The position numbers were made by a program, and so were the translations under genes. From a virus, in the UHGV virus genome UHGV-2113617: a stretch of 64,000 bases of DNA. One strand, written 5' to 3'. This document shows, piece by piece, positions 9,347 to 18,897 of this stretch (position 1 is its first letter; each line of letters opens with the position of its first letter). The notes below the pieces were generated by a model. The model was given only the letters and a program-made list of their open reading frames with translations, did no database searches and had not been told where the DNA came from.

Positions 9347-10272
9347 TTCAATACCTCAATAGCATTACGTAAACCATTTGCTTTTGCATTAAGAGCTTTT
9401 AACAATTTGGTATGTTCGGCAATCTGGACTTCAACTTCAATCAAACGAGCATTGAGATATTCACGTTCTTCGCTCAAGTTATCAATCTTTTCTACTTTAG
9501 GTTCTTTTACAACTGGCTTATATGTATTAGGGTTCTTCAGTTTAATTAGAATGCGTGAACTGTATAACATTGAACCATTATCTTCGGTTTCGTCATACAT
9601 TTCCACTACGTCCATCATCTCCACCATCGTGCAGAGTTTATAAGACAACGAACGAATAGTTTTGTTGTGCTTATTAATTTCTCTAGCTGTCATGGTGCCG
9701 AGATTACGTGAGTAATAATAAGGAACCTGGATATTAATTAATACTGATGAACCACCTGGCTTGTGTGTTACTTCATCAGCAATAACCCAGTCCTTAACAT
9801 GAACTGTATTTGTACGGTCATCGCCGGCGGTAAATAGTTTACGAGCATGCTTAAAAAGCATATTCACTTGGTCATTGAATTGACAAGTGAATTTATCAGC
9901 AAATTTAGTTTCAGGAATGGTAGATAACCAATCAGCCAAATGGGTCTTTTTAACATCGTTAACAATAGTAAATTCAACCAAATCGGTTATAGATGTCGCA
10001 GATTTAATGAAGCTCGGCTTCATAAAGTTTTTAATGTTATCACTAGCTACAGTAGAAGATAACAGACGAGAACGTTTAAACCATTGAAGCAAATTGCCTA
10101 ACGAATGAGAATAAGCGTTTTGAGTATCTTTACAGATATGATTTTCCTGGCCAACATATTGAAAGAAATCACGAAGAATATTATTGATTACTGCTCTGTG
10201 CCCAATCTGATAATTACGGTGTTTAGTAATAAGACTATCAAAATAATCAATATAATGTTTACGAGTTTTCAT
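9343..10272 (-). CDS. coiled-coil paralog family member A
   Basis: 309 aa, MKTRKHY start, C-terminal ~50-aa heptad-rich tail; shares motifs with the next three genes. Confidence 0.7.
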   Translation of the reverse strand: MKTRKHYIDYFDSLITKHRNYQIGHRAVINNILRDFFQYVGQENHICKDTQNAYSHSLGNLLQWFKRSRLLSSTVASDNIKNFMKPSFIKSATSITDLVEFTIVNDVKKTHLADWLSTIPETKFADKFTCQFNDQVNMLFKHARKLFTAGDDRTNTVHVKDWVIADEVTHKPGGSSVLINIQVPYYYSRNLGTMTAREINKHNKTIRSLSYKLCTMVEMMDVVEMYDETEDNGSMLYSSRILIKLKNPNTYKPVVKEPKVEKIDNLSEEREYLNARLIEVEVQIAEHTKLLKALNAKANGLRNAIEVLK

Positions 10273-10324
10273 GTTCTTCTCACTTGGTTAATGATTTATA
10301 CTCCGAGCCATCCTTGGCTTTAAA

Positions 10325-11326
10325 TTACTTAATTAACTGTAAAGCTTGTTCAAGACGATCCAGGCGATTAACAGATTCTTCCCAAATCCTTTTAGCCTGT
10401 TCATATTCTTTCTGCGCTTTATTAGAAATTTCTAGAGCTTCTTTATAAGCTTTTTCTAATGCAATAACTTCTGGACGAATTTCTACCGATTCAGGTGAAT
10501 CATCAAGATTATCCATTAGTTCCTCAAGGGTAGTTTCTTCTTTAGGAGTATTCACAATTTCTTCGCATTTTTGTTGGTAAATTTCTTTATCAGTTAGTGA
10601 ATAAGCACACTTTACTTCACGAAGACTAACTACAATTTTGTATCCTTCCCAACCGCACACATTCTTAAAAGGATAAGTATGAATATTTTCTACTGTTTCC
10701 ATACAAAGTAGTGCAGTCTCTAATTGACGAGTTATATCACTAGCAATTGAGAAAAATTTATTAATGTTCTTTTGATTAGCTTCTGGTGTAAAAAATTCAT
10801 AATTCACAAAAATAGCTGCTTTATTTTTATCAAGCTCATATTCTTTTATGATAATCATATCAGAAGCCCAAGGATGAATTTGACGATAATCGCCATAGCA
10901 TAATTTAGAAGCTGATTTTAGAATTTGCTTTTTGAAAAGTCTGAAATTACTAATCCAACGACGAGTAAAAATATTCTCAGGGTCTTCTTTATTATTAAGA
11001 TGATAAGAATTAACATCACCGAACCAATTATATCCTACTACATCTTTAGTTCGTTTAATTTCTTTCCCAAATTTACCAAGAATATCCTGATTAACTAAAT
11101 ATGAAAGAAGACGAGAACCTTTAAAGGTTTCCTTAATATCATCTTTATCTTCGCGACTAGAAATTTTATGAACTTCATGAATAAATTTGCTGGAAGAAAC
11201 AATGCTTACATCAATATTATTTAGCCATTGATTGATAATGGAAATAACGCTATTCTGACTAGACATAAGTTTAACTTTATCATCAATAACACTATTGAAT
11301 GATTTGATATATTCGTTACGAGTCAT
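10325..11326 (-). CDS. coiled-coil paralog family member B
   Basis: 333 aa from MTRNEYIKSF (ATG 11326, GAGGAG RBS); C-terminal coiled coil. Confidence 0.7.
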   Translation of the reverse strand: MTRNEYIKSFNSVIDDKVKLMSSQNSVISIINQWLNNIDVSIVSSSKFIHEVHKISSREDKDDIKETFKGSRLLSYLVNQDILGKFGKEIKRTKDVVGYNWFGDVNSYHLNNKEDPENIFTRRWISNFRLFKKQILKSASKLCYGDYRQIHPWASDMIIIKEYELDKNKAAIFVNYEFFTPEANQKNINKFFSIASDITRQLETALLCMETVENIHTYPFKNVCGWEGYKIVVSLREVKCAYSLTDKEIYQQKCEEIVNTPKEETTLEELMDNLDDSPESVEIRPEVIALEKAYKEALEISNKAQKEYEQAKRIWEESVNRLDRLEQALQLIK

Positions 11327-11354
11327 ATTAATCTCCTCAGTAAAAAGTAAGAAC

Positions 11355-11384
11355 ATTATACCACATCCTTGTGGTAAAGTAAAC
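11355..11384 (-). promoter_or_regulatory. T4-type early promoter
   Basis: GTTTAC, 18 bp, TATAAT on minus strand. Confidence 0.55.
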
Positions 11385-12415
11385 TAGTTCAGTGCATTTA
11401 GTGCATTGTTCAGTTTAGAACGTTGCTTCGTGAGATTTTTGACTTTTTCTTGAGCTTTTTCTAGCGTCTTTTCAGCTTCTAGCACTTCATTAGTTGCTTT
11501 AACGAGTTCATCATCTACTGCCTTGATAGACTTCTCAATCGCATCTGCATGCCATTTTTCAACAGGTTTAAGACTCGGATTTTCAATAGGAAGAAAATTC
11601 ACTTTATTGAATTTCCATGCATCCTTATTACCTGAACTATACATCCAAAATTTAGGATCGTTTGATGAGTAATTGGATAAATTTAAATTTAAGTTATCTT
11701 GCACTTCCTGCTTTTTCTCTTGTGTGACTTCGTCCTTTCTCAAAAAATCGTATTTAAATGAAACGATCATATCAAGTTCATATGTTGTTGTATGTTCCCA
11801 ATTTCGCTCAAAATGAGGTAAAATCTTAGACTGAACAGCGGCAACAACATCCATATACTTAAATGCTTCTGTCAACTGCGATTTAAGGCATTCACAAATT
11901 GAAAGAGAATTTTTTGTATTAGGTTTAAAGCTAATTCGTGCAGTTCTATTATTTTCTTTTAATGGTCTTACTTCCATCTGAAGAGTATAACCATCAAATT
12001 TCAGATTCTTTAAGTTAATATCAGAACCTTTTAATCGACTCGCAGTTGATAAAATTTGCTTTAATTGTCTACGGAACAGAGCAATAAATCTCCATTCAAT
12101 ACGATAATGATTTGGATTGAAAAATCCAGATGATAAATCGACCTTACTTTGACCAACGCCTTGAACAAATAGAGGATTTTTATAATCAATAGTTTTACAG
12201 AAATCGGTGAGCTGCTCACGAGCCGTCATTTGTGTAATATACCCTGCTTTACTAAAATTACGCACCCATTCACTACTGCTATTCTTATACTTAAAGTGAT
12301 GAATAGCATGATTAACTTTATCAGGGTCTAAATTATTTTCACACAAAAATGTCATAACATCACGAGTATAGCTGGCTCTACGAACTATATCTTCAATTTG
12401 AGAACGAGTTTTCAT
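11384..12415 (-). CDS. coiled-coil paralog family member C
   Basis: 343 aa, MKTRSQIEDIV start, AAGGAAT RBS, C-terminal coiled coil. Confidence 0.7.
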   Translation of the reverse strand: MKTRSQIEDIVRRASYTRDVMTFLCENNLDPDKVNHAIHHFKYKNSSSEWVRNFSKAGYITQMTAREQLTDFCKTIDYKNPLFVQGVGQSKVDLSSGFFNPNHYRIEWRFIALFRRQLKQILSTASRLKGSDINLKNLKFDGYTLQMEVRPLKENNRTARISFKPNTKNSLSICECLKSQLTEAFKYMDVVAAVQSKILPHFERNWEHTTTYELDMIVSFKYDFLRKDEVTQEKKQEVQDNLNLNLSNYSSNDPKFWMYSSGNKDAWKFNKVNFLPIENPSLKPVEKWHADAIEKSIKAVDDELVKATNEVLEAEKTLEKAQEKVKNLTKQRSKLNNALNALN

Positions 12416-12423
12416 GGTATTCC

Positions 12424-13314
12424 TTAAGATTTAAGTAAATCAACAATTTTAATTAACTTTTCACGCTCAGATTTAGCTTTACTACTCAATCCAGATAGTC
12501 TGAAAATTTCATCGTCATACTGTTGAATAGAAATATTCAGCTCTTCAATCTGCTTATTAAAATAATCAATTTGTTCAGAATGTTTTTCGTTACTACGAAC
12601 CAGTACAGGTTTTGTAGGCAATTTAGTTGAACTGGATTCATCCGGGCGATAAATTAAAATACAACTTGAACCAATAGGGCATTTAGCACCAGATGAATAT
12701 TCTAGTGTTCCAGCTTCTTTTAAAACTTCAAAAGCTAAACAGAGATGATGACCCATATTGACATAATCTGTAGAGCGAGCTCTGATGTAATAATCATCTC
12801 CACGAATACTAAATTTAAAGCATTTAAGGTCTTCTGTATTATTGGTCTTAAAAATCATTTGTTTATCTAGACCTTTAGCTAATCGAGCGCCCAATGCTAA
12901 TAATCGTCGTTGATTTTCCCACAAATCCGCAATCATTTGGTCAAATGATAATTTCGGCATTAATCGACCATAAAGGTCATATCCTTTATTATAATTACGA
13001 AGGATTTCACTCGCATTAATGCGAGACAACGCTCCAATTTTATTAAGGGCTTTCATAATGCGATTAGATAAACTCATTCCAGACCCATTTGTTCGCTGTA
13101 GATGTTTTTCTAATCCAAACCCAATATCAACTTTAAATTTATCTAAAATTTCGGCATGAACATCTCTGTCAATAACGTTCAAATTCAGAGTTGGGTTAAA
13201 TCTATGAAAAAATTTATCTGGCTCTCCACGACGAAATACAGTCCATTCATTCATCATTTTTTTATTAACTAAAGATTTAATTACTGTATTGACATTATTA
13301 ATTACTACTGACAT
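12424..13314 (-). CDS. coiled-coil paralog family member D
   Basis: 296 aa from MSVVINN (ATG 13314, GAGGAAA RBS); shared ASRL/ARLAKG motif and C-terminal coiled coil. Confidence 0.7.
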   Translation of the reverse strand: MSVVINNVNTVIKSLVNKKMMNEWTVFRRGEPDKFFHRFNPTLNLNVIDRDVHAEILDKFKVDIGFGLEKHLQRTNGSGMSLSNRIMKALNKIGALSRINASEILRNYNKGYDLYGRLMPKLSFDQMIADLWENQRRLLALGARLAKGLDKQMIFKTNNTEDLKCFKFSIRGDDYYIRARSTDYVNMGHHLCLAFEVLKEAGTLEYSSGAKCPIGSSCILIYRPDESSSTKLPTKPVLVRSNEKHSEQIDYFNKQIEELNISIQQYDDEIFRLSGLSSKAKSEREKLIKIVDLLKS

Positions 13315-13321
13315 ATTTTCC

Positions 13322-13735
13322 TCACTCAATTTCAATTTTAATTTTACTAAATACACAGAATATGATGGAAAAGACTATATAAGCACCACACACAGATTGA
13401 ACTAATACCATTCCAAAGAACCAAACAATATTATCAAACAATGTCTGTTTTACGTCGAAAGGACGTAAACTTACAGTAATATTATCACCTTTTTCTATTG
13501 AAGAATACATCTCTGGGGAAATATATTCACTAAATCTATAACCGTCTTCGAGTTCATATACGGCAATAAACGATAAACTAGACCCCTTTCCTTGAGTTCC
13601 TGTAAAGGTATTAACTACAGTAACATCATAATCTTTATAATGCATATAATCATTAATTGCGTAATAACCATATGCAACTACTATACATAAACAACATATC
13701 AATAAATTCAATCTTTTAATTATCAACCGTTTCAT
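13322..13735 (-). CDS. membrane protein
   Basis: 137 aa with N- and C-terminal hydrophobic helices. Confidence 0.55.
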   Translation of the reverse strand: MKRLIIKRLNLLICCLCIVVAYGYYAINDYMHYKDYDVTVVNTFTGTQGKGSSLSFIAVYELEDGYRFSEYISPEMYSSIEKGDNITVSLRPFDVKQTLFDNIVWFFGMVLVQSVCGAYIVFSIIFCVFSKIKIEIE

Positions 13736-13790
13736 AATAATCTCAATTAAAAGGGCTTAGAACCATTATACCATCCTTGGTATAAAGCGG

Positions 13791-14318
13791 TTATGCGAGT
13801 ACCGTCTTTAACCGTTCTTCAAACTTCCGAAGAGTATTTTGGCGTTCAGCTCTTTGCTTTTTGTAAGTTTCAATACGCTCTGAAATGAGAGAGTATCGTT
13901 CATTTACTGATTCTTTCATAAAATCAGGAATTTCACGAGAAGCTTTAATCTCGTCAAATTTATCAATAACAGCTTGCTCTTCAGCAATTAAGTTATCATA
14001 CATTAAAATATCTTTCTTGATGAACTCAATATCTTCTTGAGTTACACGAGACATTTTAGATGCTTTATCATTTTTGTACTGTTCGTTAGTATCACGAGAC
14101 CAGTGTAATGTACGATTTTTATTCGTATTCTTGTAAATTTCTACAATACCGATCTCATCAATAATAACGATCCAATTCCAACGGGATTTGTAAATTTGTC
14201 CTCCATCAACAGTGATTTCACCTCCGATTGAGATGTCGTTAAAGAACTTGCTTTGCGCTTCAGATTTAAATTTGCCATCGTTGTAATTTACCAAGTTGAA
14301 AATATCTTTAGCGTTCAT
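13791..14318 (-). CDS. hypothetical protein
   Basis: 175-aa ORF, GGAGG RBS. Confidence 0.6.
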   Translation of the reverse strand: MNAKDIFNLVNYNDGKFKSEAQSKFFNDISIGGEITVDGGQIYKSRWNWIVIIDEIGIVEIYKNTNKNRTLHWSRDTNEQYKNDKASKMSRVTQEDIEFIKKDILMYDNLIAEEQAVIDKFDEIKASREIPDFMKESVNERYSLISERIETYKKQRAERQNTLRKFEERLKTVLA

Positions 14319-14346
14319 TTTCTGTTCCTCCGTAGTTGATAGTTGT

Positions 14347-14376
14347 ATAGTACCACAGAGGAACAGTCTTGTAAAC
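14347..14376 (-). promoter_or_regulatory. T4-type early promoter
   Basis: GTTTAC, 18 bp, TACTAT plus conserved leader ACAACTATCAACT. Confidence 0.6.
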
Positions 14377-14378
14377 CA

Positions 14379-14681
14379 CTAAAAGAAACTTCTTTCACAA
14401 TTTTTTCCACTGAACCATGCGCTTACTGCTTTCTTAGTCTCAGGAGCAGTGTTATCCATAAACCATTCAAAGGCAGCCTTTTTATGATTCTGGAGGGCTT
14501 CTCGGGCTTTAATCTGCTCACGGTCTATTAACACTAACATATGAGCCTTTCTTGTCACCATGGGCTTCTTATGATTTTTTGAATACTCCCAGTCATTTGT
14601 CCATCGCATTGTCGTTGCGAACTGAAATACTGCTTCTTTAATTTTAGTTTCGTAAATTTCACGAGCCTTTGAGTATAACAT
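14379..14681 (-). CDS. hypothetical protein
   Basis: 100 aa from MLYSK (GGAGG RBS 6 nt upstream). Confidence 0.55.
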   Translation of the reverse strand: MLYSKAREIYETKIKEAVFQFATTMRWTNDWEYSKNHKKPMVTRKAHMLVLIDREQIKAREALQNHKKAAFEWFMDNTAPETKKAVSAWFSGKNCERSFF

Positions 14682-14782
14682 CACTACCTCCATTCACCAG
14701 TTTAATTCTAGTCATCTTTTTAATGGCAGTCCATATAATCTATTTCTGAACTGCCTTTTTGTCATAGAAGTCCTCTTATGAA

Positions 14783-15751
14783 TTATTTCAGAAGAGTAAC
14801 CTCAGCAATTTCTTCCCAACCGTTTTTGTCGGTCATAATAAAGTCAGCAAGATAAAGAGCAGTACGCAGTGAAACATTGCGTAAACGATTAACATTAACT
14901 TTCATCCATGATAATGCTTTATAAGTTTCTTCATCAGAAAGACCGCGCTTTTGCATCATGTCAGTTGAAAGAATAACATCTTCAACCCTGACCATAATTT
15001 CTTCATTAGTGTGAACACCCAAATCTAAATAAACTGAGCGGGACACTAATGCTTGTAAATGTGGAGCAAGTTTAGTACCACGGTCTAATTCGCGGTCAAT
15101 GTCAACGTTTGTGATAAAAACAATCGTTCCTTTAAATTCAAACTCACGGTCAATGCCTTTTTCTTCTAAGTAAGAAGATGCAGTGCTCCAGCAGACTTTA
15201 CGGGTCTCTCCAGTGTCCAGAGCAGCTTTTAGAAGATTAAGAATGTCCATATCAGAGAAAACATCCACATCATCAATCAAAAGGACAGAATTCTCTTCAC
15301 GATTATTCCAAAGCTGTTCATAAAGACCAATACCAGAGATTTTACCGTTAATGCTTTTATATTCAATGTATCCATTATCATTTGCTTTATTTAAAGCTTT
15401 ATCTAAAGAATACGTTTTACCAATACCTGCTGCGCCAGAGATAATCAATGAACGAATATTTCCATTAATAATACCATTCGTCATCATTCCCATAACATTA
15501 AATCTTTTATTAATGCGGGTTTTCATATCTTCATATGATTCTTTAACTTCTTCAACTTTTACACCATCATATGAAATATCTGATTTGTAAACCCAAACAC
15601 CGCGACGTTTACCGTCAATTTCAACAAAAACTTTACCATCTCCTTGTGCATCTACCGGAGCATTATCTGGGAACCATTCGCCTAAGAGCTCAAAAGTTCC
15701 AGAGATTTCTTTACCGAAGTAGATACCCTTATTGATAGTTACAGTTTTCAT
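14783..15751 (-). CDS. P-loop ATPase (AAA-like)
   Basis: 322 aa; Walker A GAAGIGKT, Walker B LLIDDVD. Confidence 0.7.
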   Translation of the reverse strand: MKTVTINKGIYFGKEISGTFELLGEWFPDNAPVDAQGDGKVFVEIDGKRRGVWVYKSDISYDGVKVEEVKESYEDMKTRINKRFNVMGMMTNGIINGNIRSLIISGAAGIGKTYSLDKALNKANDNGYIEYKSINGKISGIGLYEQLWNNREENSVLLIDDVDVFSDMDILNLLKAALDTGETRKVCWSTASSYLEEKGIDREFEFKGTIVFITNVDIDRELDRGTKLAPHLQALVSRSVYLDLGVHTNEEIMVRVEDVILSTDMMQKRGLSDEETYKALSWMKVNVNRLRNVSLRTALYLADFIMTDKNGWEEIAEVTLLK

Positions 15752-15787
15752 TTTATTCTCCAATTTCACATTTGTTTTGATAGGGTA

Positions 15788-15817
15788 ATAGTATCACACT
15801 ACTACCCTACTGTAAAC
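15788..15817 (-). promoter_or_regulatory. T4-type early promoter
   Basis: GTTTAC, 18 bp, TACTAT. Confidence 0.6.
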
Positions 15818-15820
15818 AAT

Positions 15821-16084
15821 TTATTTTAATGTTCGCCAAATTTTTACTGCTTCGCGACGAGATACTTCTACAGCTCCAAGTTCTACGGCTTTTTGGCGGT
15901 GGCGCGCGTGTAAGTCATAATGTTTAATGCGTTTATCTTGAAACCAAGAGCGTTTCATTCCTATTGCTTCTGCCATTTCATGAAGCTCTTCAATATCTCC
16001 ATCAGTGAACATATGACAATTTTTAGTTGGATGACCGCGAAGTTTCCATCCATGATTCATTAAAACATCTACGTAAACTGTCAT
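15821..16084 (-). CDS. small conserved protein (tentatively DUF4031-like)
   Basis: 87 aa, MTVYVD...CHM...HYDLHARHR; family assignment is from memory. Confidence 0.5.
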   Translation of the reverse strand: MTVYVDVLMNHGWKLRGHPTKNCHMFTDGDIEELHEMAEAIGMKRSWFQDKRIKHYDLHARHRQKAVELGAVEVSRREAVKIWRTLK

Positions 16085-16230
16085 TGATTCTGCTCCAAAT
16101 ATGTTTCTATAATTTTCTGAGCGAGATAAACTGCGTTATCTTCAGTTGCATCTTCTAAGAAATTTTCAAAACAAGCTGAAATCTCTTCTGTGTCAATCAA
16201 CTTTTTTACTTCAATTAACGTAGTTTTCAT
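16081..16230 (-). CDS. hypothetical small acidic protein
   Basis: 49 aa from MKTTLIEV; the longer ORF-track N-terminus MVLYNYQL is promoter read-through. Confidence 0.4.
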   Translation of the reverse strand: MKTTLIEVKKLIDTEEISACFENFLEDATEDNAVYLAQKIIETYLEQNQ

Positions 16231-16266
16231 TTTATTCCCCCAAATCCACATCAGTTGATAGTTGTA

Positions 16267-16296
16267 TAGTACCATAAAGCTTTATGCTTGTAAACA
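16267..16296 (-). promoter_or_regulatory. T4-type early promoter
   Basis: GTTTAC, 18 bp, TACTAT plus conserved leader. Confidence 0.6.
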
Positions 16297-16323
16297 ACTT
16301 TGTGACGTCATTTTAAACAAAAA

Positions 16324-16341
16324 GGGAGACCGAAGGCTCCC
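16324..16341 (-). terminator. rho-independent terminator
   Basis: GGGAGCC-TTCG-GTCTCCC hairpin followed by TTTTT on minus strand. Confidence 0.6.
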
Positions 16342-16343
16342 TA

Positions 16344-17357
16344 TCATTTATAATAACTTCGGTGGTTTTCAAGATATACCTCTTCAACGAACTTGTCCCA
16401 GAACTTCATGTCTACCTTATCAGGCATACCGTTCTTAGCTGCCTGGATGGCTAGGACTTCAACCAAATCAACAGTATCTTCAAGAAGTTCTTGAACTTCT
16501 TTAAATGGTAATTCACCGGCTTTAATCAGCTTAATGATAGAGGCTTCGCGCAATGGGAACGCCAAATCACCTGTTTGGTAGATTTCCATCAATTGATACC
16601 CTGCGCGATAAGCATGACTCAGAGCTTTCCAGTCAATACCTTCATTAGCTTCAGCCTTACGAGCACGTTCACCATATTCCGCATCGAGCTTATTCAGAGA
16701 TTGCTTGAGCTCGATTAAAGACAAGGTGGTTTGGTACTTACGTCCAAGAACAGTATAGAACGTTTGAGGACCTGTTTTCTCGTGGTTATGGAATACCCAT
16801 TCACAGAACTCGTTTTCAGGAAGCCGATGTTTAATATCTACAATTTTAGTACGACGTTGTCCTTGTGTTCCATCTTCTCGGTAATCAACCCACTGATCGG
16901 GGATTTGATTAACTACTTTCAATACATTACGCAATGCAGCCAAACGAGAACCCTTAACACCATATTTAGAAGCTTGCTTGCGCACATATCCTAAATAGGC
17001 TTTCATGTTAGTTGTATAAAACCGTGAACGATTGTCTTGGATAAATTTCCATACATCAGGCAAATCAGATTTAACTACTAGTTCAGGCGGAGTGTGAAGC
17101 ATATCCAATGCTACAGTTTCACCGTCTGCTGCTAATTTAAAGAAATACTTAAGACTGTATAGTTCATGGTCAATATCATCTTTAGTGTTTTTAGATGATG
17201 TGTTGTTAGTGTTTTTACTCATATGCTCTTTAACATTTCCGATAAGAATATCGCGAGCAGGAGGAACAAAGATTTCTTTAAAATCTACATCAGATTCTGG
17301 AGTAGAAGTTCCATAAAGATGACTACCAAAATAGCTTTTCATTACTGTTTTCATCAT
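16344..17357 (-). CDS. Pol-beta-superfamily nucleotidyltransferase-fold protein
   Basis: 337 aa; N-terminal GSHLYGTSTPESDVD (GS...DxD) plus downstream ALDML acidic strand. Confidence 0.6.
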   Translation of the reverse strand: MMKTVMKSYFGSHLYGTSTPESDVDFKEIFVPPARDILIGNVKEHMSKNTNNTSSKNTKDDIDHELYSLKYFFKLAADGETVALDMLHTPPELVVKSDLPDVWKFIQDNRSRFYTTNMKAYLGYVRKQASKYGVKGSRLAALRNVLKVVNQIPDQWVDYREDGTQGQRRTKIVDIKHRLPENEFCEWVFHNHEKTGPQTFYTVLGRKYQTTLSLIELKQSLNKLDAEYGERARKAEANEGIDWKALSHAYRAGYQLMEIYQTGDLAFPLREASIIKLIKAGELPFKEVQELLEDTVDLVEVLAIQAAKNGMPDKVDMKFWDKFVEEVYLENHRSYYK

Positions 17358-17815
17358 TCAGCCTTATATTCAATAACAGGACATACTTTAGCTTTACGAG
17401 CTTTTAAAAATTCGACGATAATAGATTTCTTGGGTTGAATAGGAGGTAAACCTTTATACGCCCTATCAATATTTTCTACATGTAAAGCATAATCCTTTTT
17501 CCATTTATAATCTTTATATTTTTCATGCAGTTGTGCAGGAATAACAAATGAACCAATAATAAGTAAAACAAGCAAAATGGCAAGTACAAATGCTGATGGA
17601 ATAAGAGTCCATAAACTACCAAAAATAAGCCATTTCTGTATGATTTCTGCACAGATGATAGTTAGACCTGCGAGTATAGTACATCCGAAAAAAGAAACGA
17701 AAAATGTAGGAATAACAATAGACCAAAAATACGCGCATAGTGTCTTAGGCCGTTTCCATTCATCATTAAACATTTTGAATAATTTATAGTGCCAAGAGCT
17801 TTCATTAATAATCAT
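17354..17815 (-). CDS. multi-pass membrane protein
   Basis: 153 aa with about four hydrophobic segments; stop overlaps NTase start. Confidence 0.6.
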   Translation of the reverse strand: MIINESSWHYKLFKMFNDEWKRPKTLCAYFWSIVIPTFFVSFFGCTILAGLTIICAEIIQKWLIFGSLWTLIPSAFVLAILLVLLIIGSFVIPAQLHEKYKDYKWKKDYALHVENIDRAYKGLPPIQPKKSIIVEFLKARKAKVCPVIEYKAE

Positions 17816-17817
17816 AA

Positions 17818-18339
17818 TTATCCTTTCATTGAAGGTGTAACAGTTGTTAAATACTTAATCATAGCTTCAGATTCTGATTTTGATAATGAAATTTCTTCAT
17901 TGTTTTGACGAATAGAAATAAAATCCGGATGACGGTCACGGCCAGCTTTCAAAACACACATATAAGTATCAGTTTCATCTTCAATATTTGAAATGATTGA
18001 AGCAGTTCCACATGAATGCGGTTTTTGATAAATCAATACGGCTTTTCTTCCACCGTTTGACTGTTCATAAACTTTTAACACATCAAACAAATCACTTCTT
18101 TTATCAATAGCTAAGATGTTGTTTTCATCTTCAATGTTAAATCCTTCGGATACTTCATAAAGTGTCACCCATAAATCGCCTATATCGATAGTAGCATTTA
18201 CTTTTCCATGACTTTCAAGAGCATGACAAATTTTCTTAATTTCGTCATAACTCATTTTAATATTATCATCTCCTTGAATAAGGAAGATGTCATTTTTAAA
18301 TTCAACACGAATTAAACCACTTTCACTTGAAATAAACAT
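17818..18339 (-). CDS. hypothetical protein, paralog of next gene
   Basis: 173 aa; shares GFNIE.E and C-terminal IRQ...YL..V.P.M with the 183-aa neighbour. Confidence 0.6.
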   Translation of the reverse strand: MFISSESGLIRVEFKNDIFLIQGDDNIKMSYDEIKKICHALESHGKVNATIDIGDLWVTLYEVSEGFNIEDENNILAIDKRSDLFDVLKVYEQSNGGRKAVLIYQKPHSCGTASIISNIEDETDTYMCVLKAGRDRHPDFISIRQNNEEISLSKSESEAMIKYLTTVTPSMKG

Positions 18340-18345
18340 ATTTCC

Positions 18346-18897
18346 TCACTTTGAAATCATAGTTGGAATGACAGAATCAAGATAAGTCTTTAATAAAACA
18401 GCTTCTTCTTTGTTTAATACAACAACATTAACATCATTTACCGATTGACGAATAGTTAAGACATCTCCCTCTTCATAGCATTTTGATACATTTAAAACAG
18501 TTTCATAATTTTGATTACAAGCGTTAGTAATAATAGCATTGCAATTTTTAAACCATTTTAAACCATGTTTTCTTTCATTAGAATAATAGAAATATTTAAT
18601 CTTAGCTATAAAATTATCCCAATTATTAATTGATAAGCATATTGACTCGCTTTCAATATTAAATCCTGGGCATAAAGAATAAAAATGAATTTTATGCTCA
18701 TCATTAATGCTTACAATTTTATCAGTGTATGGTTTTTCAATTTGGGTTAAATGAATAATTTCGCTAGGCGTAAAATATAGCATATCGTCTTCTTGCGTCA
18801 AACGATACATATTATTTACTTTTTCTATAGCCAATTCACCAAAAAGTGAACTAACTTCTAGTACTAATCGTTTCATATTAATCCTTTTTATTGGCAT
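18346..18897 (-). CDS. hypothetical protein, paralog of previous gene
   Basis: 183 aa. Confidence 0.6.
   Translation of the reverse strand: MPIKRINMKRLVLEVSSLFGELAIEKVNNMYRLTQEDDMLYFTPSEIIHLTQIEKPYTDKIVSINDEHKIHFYSLCPGFNIESESICLSINNWDNFIAKIKYFYYSNERKHGLKWFKNCNAIITNACNQNYETVLNVSKCYEEGDVLTIRQSVNDVNVVVLNKEEAVLLKTYLDSVIPTMISK

Noticed and set aside
16081-16275. N-terminal extensions MVLYNYQL on two ORF-track proteins (also 31372-31689)
   Set aside because: These residues are the translation of the conserved early-promoter/leader block; the true starts are downstream ATGs with RBS (16230 and 31635).
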